Source: Desulfobacterales bacterium
Lineage (GTDB): Bacteria > Desulfobacterota > Desulfobacteria > Desulfobacterales > UBA5852
DNA: 64,000 nucleotides
Direction: 5' to 3'
Assembly (NCBI GenBank): GCA_963674755.2
Contig: CAXXVS010000003.1
Span: 1,152,001-1,216,000 of the forward strand
Made by a program: the position numbers and the translations under genes. Of this stretch, positions 9,588-18,921 are shown piece by piece. Position 1 is the first letter of the stretch, and every line of letters starts with the position of its first letter. The notes below the pieces were generated by a model. It made no database searches and had not been told where the DNA came from. It worked only from the letters and a program-made list of their open reading frames with translations.

Positions 9588-10148
9588 ATGAAATCGATGC
9601 GAAGCATACGGATAAACGGTGGGCTCGTTTTATTGGCGGTTTTAGCTGCCCTGGCGGTCACGACTGCCGGTGCGGATGAGATGACGGACGGCAACAAGGT
9701 GGACCGCGCCGTGGCCGTGCTGCATCCCACCGAGGGCAACCGGGTCACCGGTACGGTGGTCTTTACCCAGGTCGGGGACAAGGTGCGGATTGAAGGTGCG
9801 GTCGAGAACCTGACCCCGGGCAAACACGGTTTCCATATTCACGAATGGGGCGATTGCAGTGCGCCGGACGGCTCATCCGCCGGGGGCCACTACAATCCGG
9901 ACAACAACCCGCACGCCGGTCCCGATCAGATGAAACGGCACATGGGCGATCTGGGCAATCTGGACGCCAATCCCATGGGCGAGGCGGACTATGAAAGGGA
10001 CGACGGGTATGTGGCCCTAAACGGACCGCATTCGATCATCGGACATGCGATCATCGTCCACGCCGGCCAGGACGACCTGACCTCCCAGCCCACGGGGAAT
10101 GCCGGCGGCCGGGTGGCCTGCGGCGTGATCGGGATTTCCCATGAATAA
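9588..10148 (+). CDS. sodC: Exported Cu/Zn superoxide dismutase
   Basis: Signal peptide; HGFHIH, GGHYNP, HMGDLGN, IVHAGQDD, GNAGGRVACGVI. Confidence 0.95.
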   Translation: MKSMRSIRINGGLVLLAVLAALAVTTAGADEMTDGNKVDRAVAVLHPTEGNRVTGTVVFTQVGDKVRIEGAVENLTPGKHGFHIHEWGDCSAPDGSSAGGHYNPDNNPHAGPDQMKRHMGDLGNLDANPMGEADYERDDGYVALNGPHSIIGHAIIVHAGQDDLTSQPTGNAGGRVACGVIGISHE

Positions 10149-10325
10149 AGGGCTTGCCAGGCGGTCAATTCGCCGCCGGACCGCCAGCGTGCCCCTGTTA
10201 GGCCGGCCCGATACCCCTTGCCGGAAGCGACCCGATGCGGCGCAAGCGGTTGAAGGCGGCCGGCTGCACAACCAGCGCAATCGTTTCCGGCAGCGTCACG
10301 GCGCGCTGCACGGCCGTGGACCGCC

Positions 10326-11324
10326 CTAGCTTGTCAGTCGCACGAGCGCCCGCACCATCTGGGAGGTATAGCCCCATTCGTTGTCGTACCAGCTCAGCAC
10401 TTTCACCAGATCGCCGTCCACGACGGTCGTCATGGTCAGGTCGACGATGGTGGCGCGGGGATCCCGGACCACGTCGGCGGAGACCAGCGGATCGTCGGTG
10501 GCGCCCAGGATACCGCGGTAGCGGTCGGATTGCGCGGCTTCGCGAAAGGCCGCGTTGACGGCGTCGACCGTGGTGGCGGCACGGGTCACGAAGACGATAT
10601 CGGCCAGCGAGCCGGACGGAACAGGGCCGCGCACGGCAATCCCGTCGAAGCGCCCTGCCAGGTCGGGCAGAATCCGGGTGGTGGCTCGGGCGGCCCCGGT
10701 GGAGGTGGGTACGAAGCTCACGGCCGCAGCCCGTCCCCGCCGCCATTTGTTGCGGGGACCGTCCACGAGAGCCTGGCTGGCGGTATAGGCGTGAATCGTG
10801 GTCAGGATGGCTTTGCGCACGCCGGCGTGCCGTTCCAGCACCTCGACCACGGGGGTGATGCAGTTGGTCGTGCAACTGGCGCAGGAGATCATGGTCGACC
10901 CGGCCGGCGGGGTATTGACGCCATAGACCACCATGGGGATGGTGTCGTCCTTGGCCGGTGCCGAAAGGACCACCCGCTTGGCGCCGGCATCCAGGTGGTG
11001 CTGCAGGCTTTTCGCGTCGCGGAAAACGCCGGTGCATTCCAGCACGGCATCGATCCCCAATTCCTTCCAGGGCAGTTGGGCAGGATTTTTCTCGTGGTAG
11101 ACCGGGATACGCTTTTCACCGAGGCGCAATTCCTGGGAACCGGCCTCGGCCGGCGGCAGGTGCCGACCGTGGACGGAATCATAGTTGATCAGATAGGCCA
11201 GGTTGTCGACGGCGATCAAGTCGTTGAGGGCGGCTATCTCGAGTTCGGGCGTGTCCAGAATGATCTTGAAGGCCGCCCGTCCGATGCGGCCCATGCCGTT
11301 GATGGCGATCTTGGGCTTAGGCAT
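10326..11324 (-). CDS. gap: Type I glyceraldehyde-3-phosphate dehydrogenase
   Basis: INGMGRIGR, ASCTTNC, WYDNEWGY. Confidence 0.95.
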   Translation of the reverse strand: MPKPKIAINGMGRIGRAAFKIILDTPELEIAALNDLIAVDNLAYLINYDSVHGRHLPPAEAGSQELRLGEKRIPVYHEKNPAQLPWKELGIDAVLECTGVFRDAKSLQHHLDAGAKRVVLSAPAKDDTIPMVVYGVNTPPAGSTMISCASCTTNCITPVVEVLERHAGVRKAILTTIHAYTASQALVDGPRNKWRRGRAAAVSFVPTSTGAARATTRILPDLAGRFDGIAVRGPVPSGSLADIVFVTRAATTVDAVNAAFREAAQSDRYRGILGATDDPLVSADVVRDPRATIVDLTMTTVVDGDLVKVLSWYDNEWGYTSQMVRALVRLTS

Positions 11325-11398
11325 ATGTCTTCCTCCCTTATGGTATGAGCGGCTGTTTCGCCGCAGGGCACCGCAACTTGTGCACCCGGCTCCGACTA

Positions 11399-11440
11399 TA
11401 GGGGCTTTGCATTAAGGGGGGAAATAGGGCTATGGCCCCA
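11399..11440. promoter_or_regulatory. Two 16-bp NarL-type operator-like sites upstream of gap
   Basis: TAGGG-gctttg-CATTA (11399) and TAGGG-ctatgg-CCCCA (11425). Confidence 0.5.
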
Positions 11441-11713
11441 TTGGACGATCGCGCCGGGCGTATTCCACCTCTTCCACAGCGCGTTCGTACACGGACGAAG
11501 TCTCTATGGTGTCTTGCGGATTCCGGGCGGCGGCCCCCTCCCGTCGACACGGATTGCAGACAGATCGGCCGGGCGCCATTGCCCTGTCTCCCGGAAAGAT
11601 GCACTGCTTTTTCGCGCGCGATAGATACGGCTTTGCAACCTTCCATATAGATTGCGGACCCTATTTTATCGCCCCATGATGTGCGGGAAAATGACATCAT
11701 CCGCCGTGATTCT

Positions 11714-11863
11714 GTCGGCCGTACCCTGAGCCGCGACACCATCAGGGCGGCGTCCCGGGCCGCGGTCCGGGACGCCCACCCACTGGAGAAAAACACCTAC
11801 AAACTACCCCTCTTCCGCGGGGTTATCGAAGAAGAACTGCACAAGCTGTTCCGCCGGTCGTGA
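11714..11863 (+). pseudogene. Remnant of a xanthine/CO dehydrogenase FAD-binding subunit C-terminus
   Basis: GRTLSRDTIRAASRAAVRDAHPLEKNTYKLPLFRGVIEEEL matches the A.PL..N.YK..L pattern; N-terminus absent. Confidence 0.55.
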
Positions 11864-11888
11864 GGCCGGAAAGCGGGGATGATAACCC

Positions 11889-12329
11889 TTGAAGGATCGA
11901 TCGATGACGCCACGGCCGAAATCTCTCTTTGGCAAGGGTGGCGCGTCCCGGAATCCCTCCGCGATGGTGCTCGTTTGCACCGTGGTGTTGGTGGTGGATA
12001 TGCTCCTGCTGAGCACCCTGCCGTCCCATAACCGCCCCACGGACGCCGGGCATGTCCAACCCGGAGACCGCCTCCGGGGTTGGGAGGCGACGGCGCCGGC
12101 CGCAGCGGTTCGGACGCCGCTCGATACGGCCATGGGGCTGTCCCCCGACCGCGAAACGTTAACCCTCTATTACGATATGGTCCGGTTTTGGGGCTTGAAC
12201 ATCGAAATCGGCAAGGTTGGCCAAGTCTCCTTTGCGGAGGATTTTCCGTTCACCGCCGCACCGGCCGGGTTGGTCCAAAACATAGCGGTATTTTCCCCCG
12301 AAAAGGACATGTCCGCCCTGAGCCCCTGA
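11889..12329 (+). CDS. Hypothetical protein (possibly degenerate)
   Basis: ORF with one N-terminal hydrophobic stretch; no recognised motif. Confidence 0.3.
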   Translation: MKDRSMTPRPKSLFGKGGASRNPSAMVLVCTVVLVVDMLLLSTLPSHNRPTDAGHVQPGDRLRGWEATAPAAAVRTPLDTAMGLSPDRETLTLYYDMVRFWGLNIEIGKVGQVSFAEDFPFTAAPAGLVQNIAVFSPEKDMSALSP

Positions 12330-12501
12330 CGATCCGCGGCCTTTTGCCCGCCTGAATGGATATTCAGCCTTTAGCGCATCGCAATAAGGTTTTGCCCCTA
12401 TATACGATCGACCGTGCCTGATTACCTTGAGAGGGAAGCGGGACCGTTCGGCGCGTCGTAGGATGGGCCCGTACCAGAGACCCCAGGAAGGAGGGTGAGT
12501 C

Positions 12502-13491
12502 ATGATCTTAGCAGGCGATATGGGCGGCACCAAAACCAACCTGGCCTTATTCGAAAGCGGCCGCGACCGGCCCAGGACGGTGGATATCAAGCGGTTTGCG
12601 ACAGCGGCCTACCCGGACCCGGGCGCCATGATCGAAGACTTCCTGGGGCAACATCCGGGCCAGACCGTCACCTCCGCCTGTCTGGCCGTGGCGGGACCGG
12701 TTGTGGACGGCCGGTCGCATTTGACCAATGTGTCCTGGGCGCTTTCCCAGGAGGATCTGGCCCGGCGCTTCGGCTGGCGGCGCTGCCTGCTGCGCAATGA
12801 CCTGGAGGCCACCATTCAGGCGATTCCGCTGCTCAAAAACTCGGAGACCGCTTCGCTGCACGATGCCCGGCCGGCCCCTCACAGCACCCTGGGCGTCCTG
12901 GCGCCCGGCACCGGCTTGGGCGCGGCCCTGGCCCTGAAGCGCAACGGCGACATCATTGCCCTGGCCTCCGAAGCCGGCCACGGCGATTTTACGCCCCTGG
13001 ACGAAGACGGCCTGTCCCTGTGGCGCTATCTGGCCGCCCGCGAAAAGCCCGTATGTCTCGAGCATATCCTCTCGGGCCCCGGGCTCCATCGCCTCTACGA
13101 ATGGCGCCGTGCGATGGGCGACGTCCATCCCGACCCCGCCACCGCCAAGGCCATCGAAGAGAGCCAAGACCCCTCCGCCCGCATATCGTCATTGGCGCTG
13201 CAGGGAGAAGACCCCGTGTGCGCCAAGGCCCTGACCTATTTCGTGCGCTATCTGGGGGCCGCCGCCGGCAACCTGGCCCTGACGGCCATGACGCGGGGCG
13301 GTATCTACCTGGCCGGCGGCATCGCACCCAAAATCCTGCCCAAACTCCAGGGCGATCTTTTCGAAGACGCCTTTTGCGACAAGGCCGCTTTCGGCGACCT
13401 GCTGAAGACGATCCCGGTCGAGGTGATCCTGACCGACAAAGCGCCGCTGCTGGGCGCGGCCTGGACGGCGCTGGCCGCTGAAAACGACTAA
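12502..13491 (+). CDS. glk: Glucokinase
   Basis: LAGDMGGTKT, APGTGLG, SEAGH, YLAGGIAP; strong RBS. Confidence 0.92.
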   Translation: MILAGDMGGTKTNLALFESGRDRPRTVDIKRFATAAYPDPGAMIEDFLGQHPGQTVTSACLAVAGPVVDGRSHLTNVSWALSQEDLARRFGWRRCLLRNDLEATIQAIPLLKNSETASLHDARPAPHSTLGVLAPGTGLGAALALKRNGDIIALASEAGHGDFTPLDEDGLSLWRYLAAREKPVCLEHILSGPGLHRLYEWRRAMGDVHPDPATAKAIEESQDPSARISSLALQGEDPVCAKALTYFVRYLGAAAGNLALTAMTRGGIYLAGGIAPKILPKLQGDLFEDAFCDKAAFGDLLKTIPVEVILTDKAPLLGAAWTALAAEND

Positions 13492-13605
13492 GCCCCCTAA
13501 CTCGTGCTCCGTGTAAAGATCCCGCGATCGAAGCATTGGCAAGTCCGCCAGGTCGGGGTGCGGCCCGGAGTCCGCAAGGGCTGCGCTTCCCGCGAGGAGA
13601 TGTCC

Positions 13606-13670
13606 ATGTTTGGCCGTAAATTCGACCTGTTCCGTTTACTGTTTTGAAGTCGGTAGCGATCCGGGTTACA
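13606..13670 (+). pseudogene. 5' remnant of a site-2 protease (M50)-like gene
   Basis: RBS gaggag, then MFGRKFDLFRLL/(frameshift)FEVGSDP, resembling the S2P N-terminus LFRL.GF.V.ID. Confidence 0.35.
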
Positions 13671-13795
13671 GGTCTTCGGGGGGGGCGATGCAGGATATCC
13701 TGTATGGGGAGGAGGCGTGAGGTGTGGTAGCCAAAAGACACTTTACCGCAATTGTGTATGGCGGCTGACATCCGGCCGCACGAAAGGAGGTCACC

Positions 13796-14236
13796 ATGGC
13801 CGTTTTGGAGAGGATCGACGACAAACGCTATGCACCGCGCCTTGAAACCATGGCCGCTTTGACTTACTTCCCGTTTTCTTCCCGCAAAGTCCCGTCGCGC
13901 ACCGCGCGTATTCTCAATTGCAGTCGAGGCGGTATCAGCTTCCTGGCAAACCACGCCCTTAAACCCGGACAAACCATCTGCCTGCAGACGCAAATCAGTC
14001 CGCAGGGCAGCGTTGCGGCGCAGCAGGCCGGCGCGTTGCTGAAATCGTTTGCCCTGGCCGAAGTGCGTTGGTGTGTGAAAGTGGTTGGCGGTCGGGAACG
14101 CTACCGCATCGGGGTGTGCTATCTCCAGTCGCGAGGCTCGGCCAAGGTATCGCCGCCGGGCCACTCCGTCGCCACAAGTGTTGGTGGGCCTTTTGTCGCG
14201 GCATCCCAACCGGCAACCGCTCTCAAACGGCCTTGA
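13796..14236 (+). CDS. PilZ-domain protein
   Basis: RxxxR (RYAPR) and NxSxxG (NCSRGG) motifs; RBS aggagg. Confidence 0.75.
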   Translation: MAVLERIDDKRYAPRLETMAALTYFPFSSRKVPSRTARILNCSRGGISFLANHALKPGQTICLQTQISPQGSVAAQQAGALLKSFALAEVRWCVKVVGGRERYRIGVCYLQSRGSAKVSPPGHSVATSVGGPFVAASQPATALKRP

Positions 14237-14374
14237 GCGGCCCCTATATGGGGATCACTCGTCGGCCCAGGCTCCCTGTCACGCGGTTGGCCGCGGGACG
14301 GACGCGGCCGCGCGCAACCGGACGGAAGGGAATTTTCCGGAGGTGGCTGGCGCGGCCGGAGATGGCGGTCGGAT

Positions 14375-14605
14375 TTATTCGATAATTTCGAGGGAGGTCC
14401 GCAGTTTGCGCGAACCGGAGGCCGCCTGGAGGATTGTTCGGAGGGCCTGGGCCGTACGGCCTTTGCGGCCGATCACTTTACCGATGTCCGTTTTGGCCAC
14501 ACGCACCTCCAGAACAGCGGATTGAGTTCCATTGACCTGCGTGACCGTGACCAATTCCGGGTCGTCGACCAGTTCCCGTACCATCGCTTCAATCAATTCT
14601 TTCAT
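14375..14605 (-). CDS. khpA: KH-domain RNA-binding protein (KhpA/YlqC family)
   Basis: MKELIE...LVD.P, DIGKVIGRKGRTA, LEIIE. Confidence 0.9.
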   Translation of the reverse strand: MKELIEAMVRELVDDPELVTVTQVNGTQSAVLEVRVAKTDIGKVIGRKGRTAQALRTILQAASGSRKLRTSLEIIE

Positions 14606-14858
14606 TTTCTGCATCTCCTCTGTCGCATTGTCATCGGGTCGCATGCCGTTCAACAGCGGTTGGAGGAAGGGCAAACACCGCTCCGCGTAAGCTGCCGATC
14701 CATCCTGGATTATGCTCTGTCAAATTTGCCCGATTTTTGCAGCGGAAACCATGGGGTAAAGACCATATTATCGGATTCGTTTTATGGTACGGCTGTCTTC
14801 TACTTGCCTGGGGTGGCCGGGGGGAAGGGCTCAATCCGGCAATCCGGATGAAGCCGGT

Positions 14859-14907
14859 CGGGATGCGGGGCGCGGGATACGGGTTACGGGATCCGGATAC
14901 GGGATAC
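14859..14907. repeat. Degenerate heptamer tandem repeat (CGGGATA)x7
   Basis: cgggatg cggggcg cgggata cgggtta cgggatc cggata cgggata. Confidence 0.75.
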
Positions 14908-15149
14908 CATTCGATGGGCGTGCGATGGGGTACCCTTTCCGGGGCGGCCGACATCATACAGGTTCCCTGGGCGTCAACCACCCCCTGGACCGTATTCATA
15001 GCGCCCCATGGCGTTCTTAGATTCTTACAGCAGACAAGTTAGGACGGTTGGGCGTCATCTTGCCGACCGCCCCACCGACCGTAAAGCGCTTCCAATGGCA
15101 CATCCAGTCGCAAAGGGTACCCCCTAAAATGGATCAGAGGCGAGAAGCC

Positions 15150-15614
15150 ATGCAGGTTCGCGATGTGATGACCCATGCGGTGGACTTCATCGCCGCCGGC
15201 AAGACCGTGCGGGAGGCGGCCCGCAAGATGCAGCGCCTGGGCATGACCGGCTTGACAGTGGTCGCGAACCGTGAGGCGATCGGGATGATTACCGATCGCG
15301 ATATCGTGCTGCGGGTGGTGGCCCCGGGTCTCGATCCCGGCGATACGGCTGTCGCTGCCGTTATGACCCCGGGCCTGGTGGTTTGCCGGGAAGAGGACAG
15401 CCTGGGCATTGCGGCCCGCATGATGGCGCGCAGCCATCTGTACCGGCTAGTGGTTATCAACCGCAGGGGCGAACTCTCGGGGATCGTTTCCATCGGGGCA
15501 CTCTGGCCGGGCAATGACATCGAAGGTATCGATCCGGTTTCTGCAGGCCACCCCGGTCTGAGCCCCTCTTACCAAAAGGCCATGTCCCTGTCCGGGCCGC
15601 CGAACGTGCATTGA
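15150..15614 (+). CDS. CBS-domain protein
   Basis: MQVRDVMT, GMITDRDI, VMTP, GIVSI. Confidence 0.85.
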   Translation: MQVRDVMTHAVDFIAAGKTVREAARKMQRLGMTGLTVVANREAIGMITDRDIVLRVVAPGLDPGDTAVAAVMTPGLVVCREEDSLGIAARMMARSHLYRLVVINRRGELSGIVSIGALWPGNDIEGIDPVSAGHPGLSPSYQKAMSLSGPPNVH

Positions 15615-15644
15615 CATCCATCATCAAACCGGCGAAAGAAGACT

Positions 15645-17261
15645 ATGGACGAAGCACCGGACTATATCCGGGCCATGCGGGATCCGGCCTTCTACCCGCA
15701 GCCGGTGGCGCAAGTCGCCGTGCGGGAGACACATATTTCGTGGGTCTTCCTGACAGGCTCCCTGGTCTACAAGGTCAAGAAACCTGTGGATCTGGGTTTT
15801 CTCGATTTTAGTGCCCCGGCCCGACGGGAACACTTCTGCCGGCAGGAAGTGGACCTCAACCGGCGCCTGGCCCGGGACGTCTATCTGGGGGTGGCGACGA
15901 TCATGCGCACGGCGGACGGTTATCGGCTGGACGGCCATGGTGCACCGGTGGACTATGCCGTGCGCATGCGGCAGCTGTCCTCCGGCGATACCCTCAAGCG
16001 GCGGCTGCCTGCAGGACGCTTGGACGCGGCGGCTGTGGAAGGGCTGGCCGGGACGCTGGTGGCGTTCTATGAGGCGGCGGCCACCGGGGGCGCGGTGAAT
16101 GACATGGGCGCACCGCAGGCCATTGCCCGCAATTGCGAGGAGAATTTCGCCCAGACGGCCGGCGTCGCCGGTCGGCGCTTCGATCGCCGCACCTGGGAGG
16201 TGGTGGCCGCGGCCACCCGGGGGTTCCTCGAAAATCATAGCGACCTGCTGCAACGCCGGGTTGTCGAGGGCCGCATCCGCGACGGCCATGGCGATTTGCG
16301 CACCGACCACGTCTACCTGACGGACGACGGCATTCGGATCGTGGACTGCATCGAATTCAACGAACGCTTCCGCTGGGCCGACGTGGCCTGCGATCTGGCC
16401 TTTCTGGCCATGGAAATGGACGAGGAGGGCTTCGCCTCCCAGGCCGCGGCCCTGATCGACGCGTTTGTCCGCCGTTCCGGCGACCTGTCCCTGTATGGCC
16501 TGCTGGACTTCTACAAGTGCTACCGCGCCATGGTGCGTCTCAAGGTCAACTGCCTGCGCCTCGCCCAGGCGGACGTGGGACAACCCGAACGGGAGACGGC
16601 CGAGGCCGCCATCGAACGTTTCCTGGTGTTGGCCTATCGTTATGCCGTACGCTTTTCGCGCCCTGTGCTGTGGGTGGTGTGGGGCATGGCGGCCGCCGGC
16701 AAGAGCACGCTGGCCCGCGCCCTGGCCGAGGTGCTGGACATCGGGGCCCTGCGGTCGGACGTGGTCCGCAAACAGCTTTTCCAAACCCGTGCGCGGGAAG
16801 ACACGCAGGCCGCTTTCGGGGAGGGGATCTATTCCCGCCAGGCCACGGCGCTGACCTACGGCAGGTTGCTGGGCCTGGCTCAAGCCGAGGTCGCCCAGGG
16901 CCGTTCGGTGGTGCTGGACGCCACCTTCAGCCGCCGCCGCCGGCGCCGGGAAGCCCTGCGGCTGGCCGGGGAGACCGGGGCGGCCATCGTTTTCGTGGAG
17001 TGTGCCTGTTCCGAGGAGACCCTCCGGCGGCGTCTGGCCGCACGGGCCGGCACCCGTTCGGTGTCTGACGCCCGGCGCGAACACTATAAGGCCCTCAAGG
17101 CCGCCTTCGAGCCGGGTGCCGAGCTGCCCGCGCGCTGCCGTATCCGGGTGGACACCGAACAGCCCGTGGCTGACGGGCTGCGGCGGATCTTCAGGCGGCT
17201 GCAGGTTCCTAACAACTGCCTGGAGGGGGAAAATCGGGTCATCGCCGATCGGGATAGGTGA
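15645..17261 (+). CDS. Aminoglycoside-phosphotransferase-like / P-loop kinase fusion (Rv2004c-like, COG2187+COG0645)
   Basis: ETHISWVFL, HGDL, DCIEFN, GMAAAGKST, VLDATF. Confidence 0.9.
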   Translation: MDEAPDYIRAMRDPAFYPQPVAQVAVRETHISWVFLTGSLVYKVKKPVDLGFLDFSAPARREHFCRQEVDLNRRLARDVYLGVATIMRTADGYRLDGHGAPVDYAVRMRQLSSGDTLKRRLPAGRLDAAAVEGLAGTLVAFYEAAATGGAVNDMGAPQAIARNCEENFAQTAGVAGRRFDRRTWEVVAAATRGFLENHSDLLQRRVVEGRIRDGHGDLRTDHVYLTDDGIRIVDCIEFNERFRWADVACDLAFLAMEMDEEGFASQAAALIDAFVRRSGDLSLYGLLDFYKCYRAMVRLKVNCLRLAQADVGQPERETAEAAIERFLVLAYRYAVRFSRPVLWVVWGMAAAGKSTLARALAEVLDIGALRSDVVRKQLFQTRAREDTQAAFGEGIYSRQATALTYGRLLGLAQAEVAQGRSVVLDATFSRRRRRREALRLAGETGAAIVFVECACSEETLRRRLAARAGTRSVSDARREHYKALKAAFEPGAELPARCRIRVDTEQPVADGLRRIFRRLQVPNNCLEGENRVIADRDR

Positions 17262-17576
17262 TGGGGCCGTTGCTGGATACTTGATGCTGGCTACTGGATG
17301 GTCGTCTTGTCGTTGCCGTCATCGAAACCGGATTAACATCTGTTACACCACGATACCCGAGTAGGGGGAATTCCCGAAAACCGTTATCCGGTACCCAGCC
17401 GCCATGCCGGCCCTCCGACCAATCCCCGAAGCGGTTTCCCCTCCCGCCCGTCTCCATCAGGTCGGATGCCAATATACAGGATCGCCGGTATTTACGCTTA
17501 ACCATCCGGGACCCATCCTAACAGGCAGCCTGCGGCGAGCAGCAGGCCCAACGATCGGAATTCGGGAGGAGATCCG

Positions 17577-18362
17577 ATGACTAAGAACAATATGGACAAA
17601 GTGATTTTTGCCGAACTGCGGGGTGAACTGACGGCACGGCGCGACGAACTGATCCGGCTGCGCCAATCCCTGAACCAGTCCTGGCAGAATTTGCACGAAC
17701 CGGAAACGGAGCTGGAGGAGAACGCCAGCAAAGAGACCCTCTCCCGTGAGCTCCAGCAGCGCAGCGAAAGCGTTCAGACCGAGATCCGCAATATCGACAG
17801 CGCCCTGACGCGCATGGCCGAAGGTGACTACGGCCGCTGCGAGGCCTGCCGCCGGCCCATCCGGGTCAAACGGCTGCAGGCGGTGCCCTGGGCGCACCAT
17901 TGTGTGAAATGCGCCGGCCTGCGTGAGGCGTTTGCGGCGGGTGAGGACGAGGATACCGCCGTCGAGGTGGGGCAGGGCGAGTTCACCGACGATGAACTGC
18001 GGGAAAGCATCCTGGACGAGCTTCAAAGCGACGGCCGGGTGGAAACCGAGGAACTGGTCATTACCTGCGAGGATGGTGTCGTCTACCTGGAGGGGATCCT
18101 GCCCAGCGAAGCCAAACATGAGGTGCTGATCGAGATCGTTGAAGACCTGCTGGATATCGAGAATGTGGTGGACAGCATCCGCATCGACCGCCAGCCCTGG
18201 GAACGCGTCGAACGGCGTCCGGATCGCGGGCGGTCCGATCCGCGGGCCGAAGTCCTGGCCGGGGAGGAAGAGGAGGCCGATGTCGATCCCTACACCTCCC
18301 TGGAGACCGGTGAGCCCATGACACCGCCGGACGAACTCATTCCCAGCAGCTCCCGCCGCTAA
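17577..18362 (+). CDS. DksA/TraR C4 zinc-finger protein fused to a BON domain
   Basis: YGRCEAC...RLQAVPWAHHCVKC, then DDELRESI...GVVYLEG...VVDSI. Confidence 0.8.
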   Translation: MTKNNMDKVIFAELRGELTARRDELIRLRQSLNQSWQNLHEPETELEENASKETLSRELQQRSESVQTEIRNIDSALTRMAEGDYGRCEACRRPIRVKRLQAVPWAHHCVKCAGLREAFAAGEDEDTAVEVGQGEFTDDELRESILDELQSDGRVETEELVITCEDGVVYLEGILPSEAKHEVLIEIVEDLLDIENVVDSIRIDRQPWERVERRPDRGRSDPRAEVLAGEEEEADVDPYTSLETGEPMTPPDELIPSSSRR

Positions 18363-18556
18363 CGCGCCCCCCCCCCTGGCGGTAGATTGCATCGATTGGG
18401 GCGGTTTTGGCGCGGCAGACCGCCAGGACCCCGGAGACCTCTGCCCCCAAAGGCCCTACCCATTTTATTTCCCGTGAAAGAAAACGGAAGCAATCACGCC
18501 TCGGCCTGACAGGCTTCAAACGCCCCTGTCCCGCGTATCCTACGCGTCGTCCAACC

Positions 18557-18852
18557 GGCCGATGACGCAGCGCCTCATGCCGTCATGCGGCGTTGTCAGG
18601 CTTGCTCAGGTGCTCACAATCTGGCGATTGCTGCGCGCCTCGCTTCGCCTGACGCCTTGCCTGACAGCACGATGCTTGCGGCATCGATCGATTGAAGCGG
18701 TTGGACGCGCCGAAATTCGCCCCGCCTGCGCCAAGGCTACGGCGGGACTCAGACCCGCCTGCGGCAAGCCTTCGGCGGACAGGCCGTCGCCGCGTCTTTT
18801 TCGCCCTCTGACGGGATGCTCGGCGCGGGACAAAGGGTAATCTGAAAATCAA
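18557..18852. repeat. Composite intergenic repeat copy 2
   Basis: Similar to 9253-9522 with one extra REP-like palindrome. Confidence 0.85.
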
Positions 18853-18870
18853 CGGCTAAAAAGCCGTTTC

Positions 18871-18891
18871 AAGCCCCCTTCGAGGGGGCTT
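18871..18891. terminator. Hairpin between convergent genes
   Basis: aagccccc-ttcga-gggggctt. Confidence 0.5.
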
Positions 18892-18921
18892 CCTGAGACT
18901 TGTCGCAATGCGGGCGGCGGC

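Noticed and set aside
18367..18376. C10 homopolymer as a phase-variation site
   Set aside because: Lies downstream of a stop codon between convergent genes
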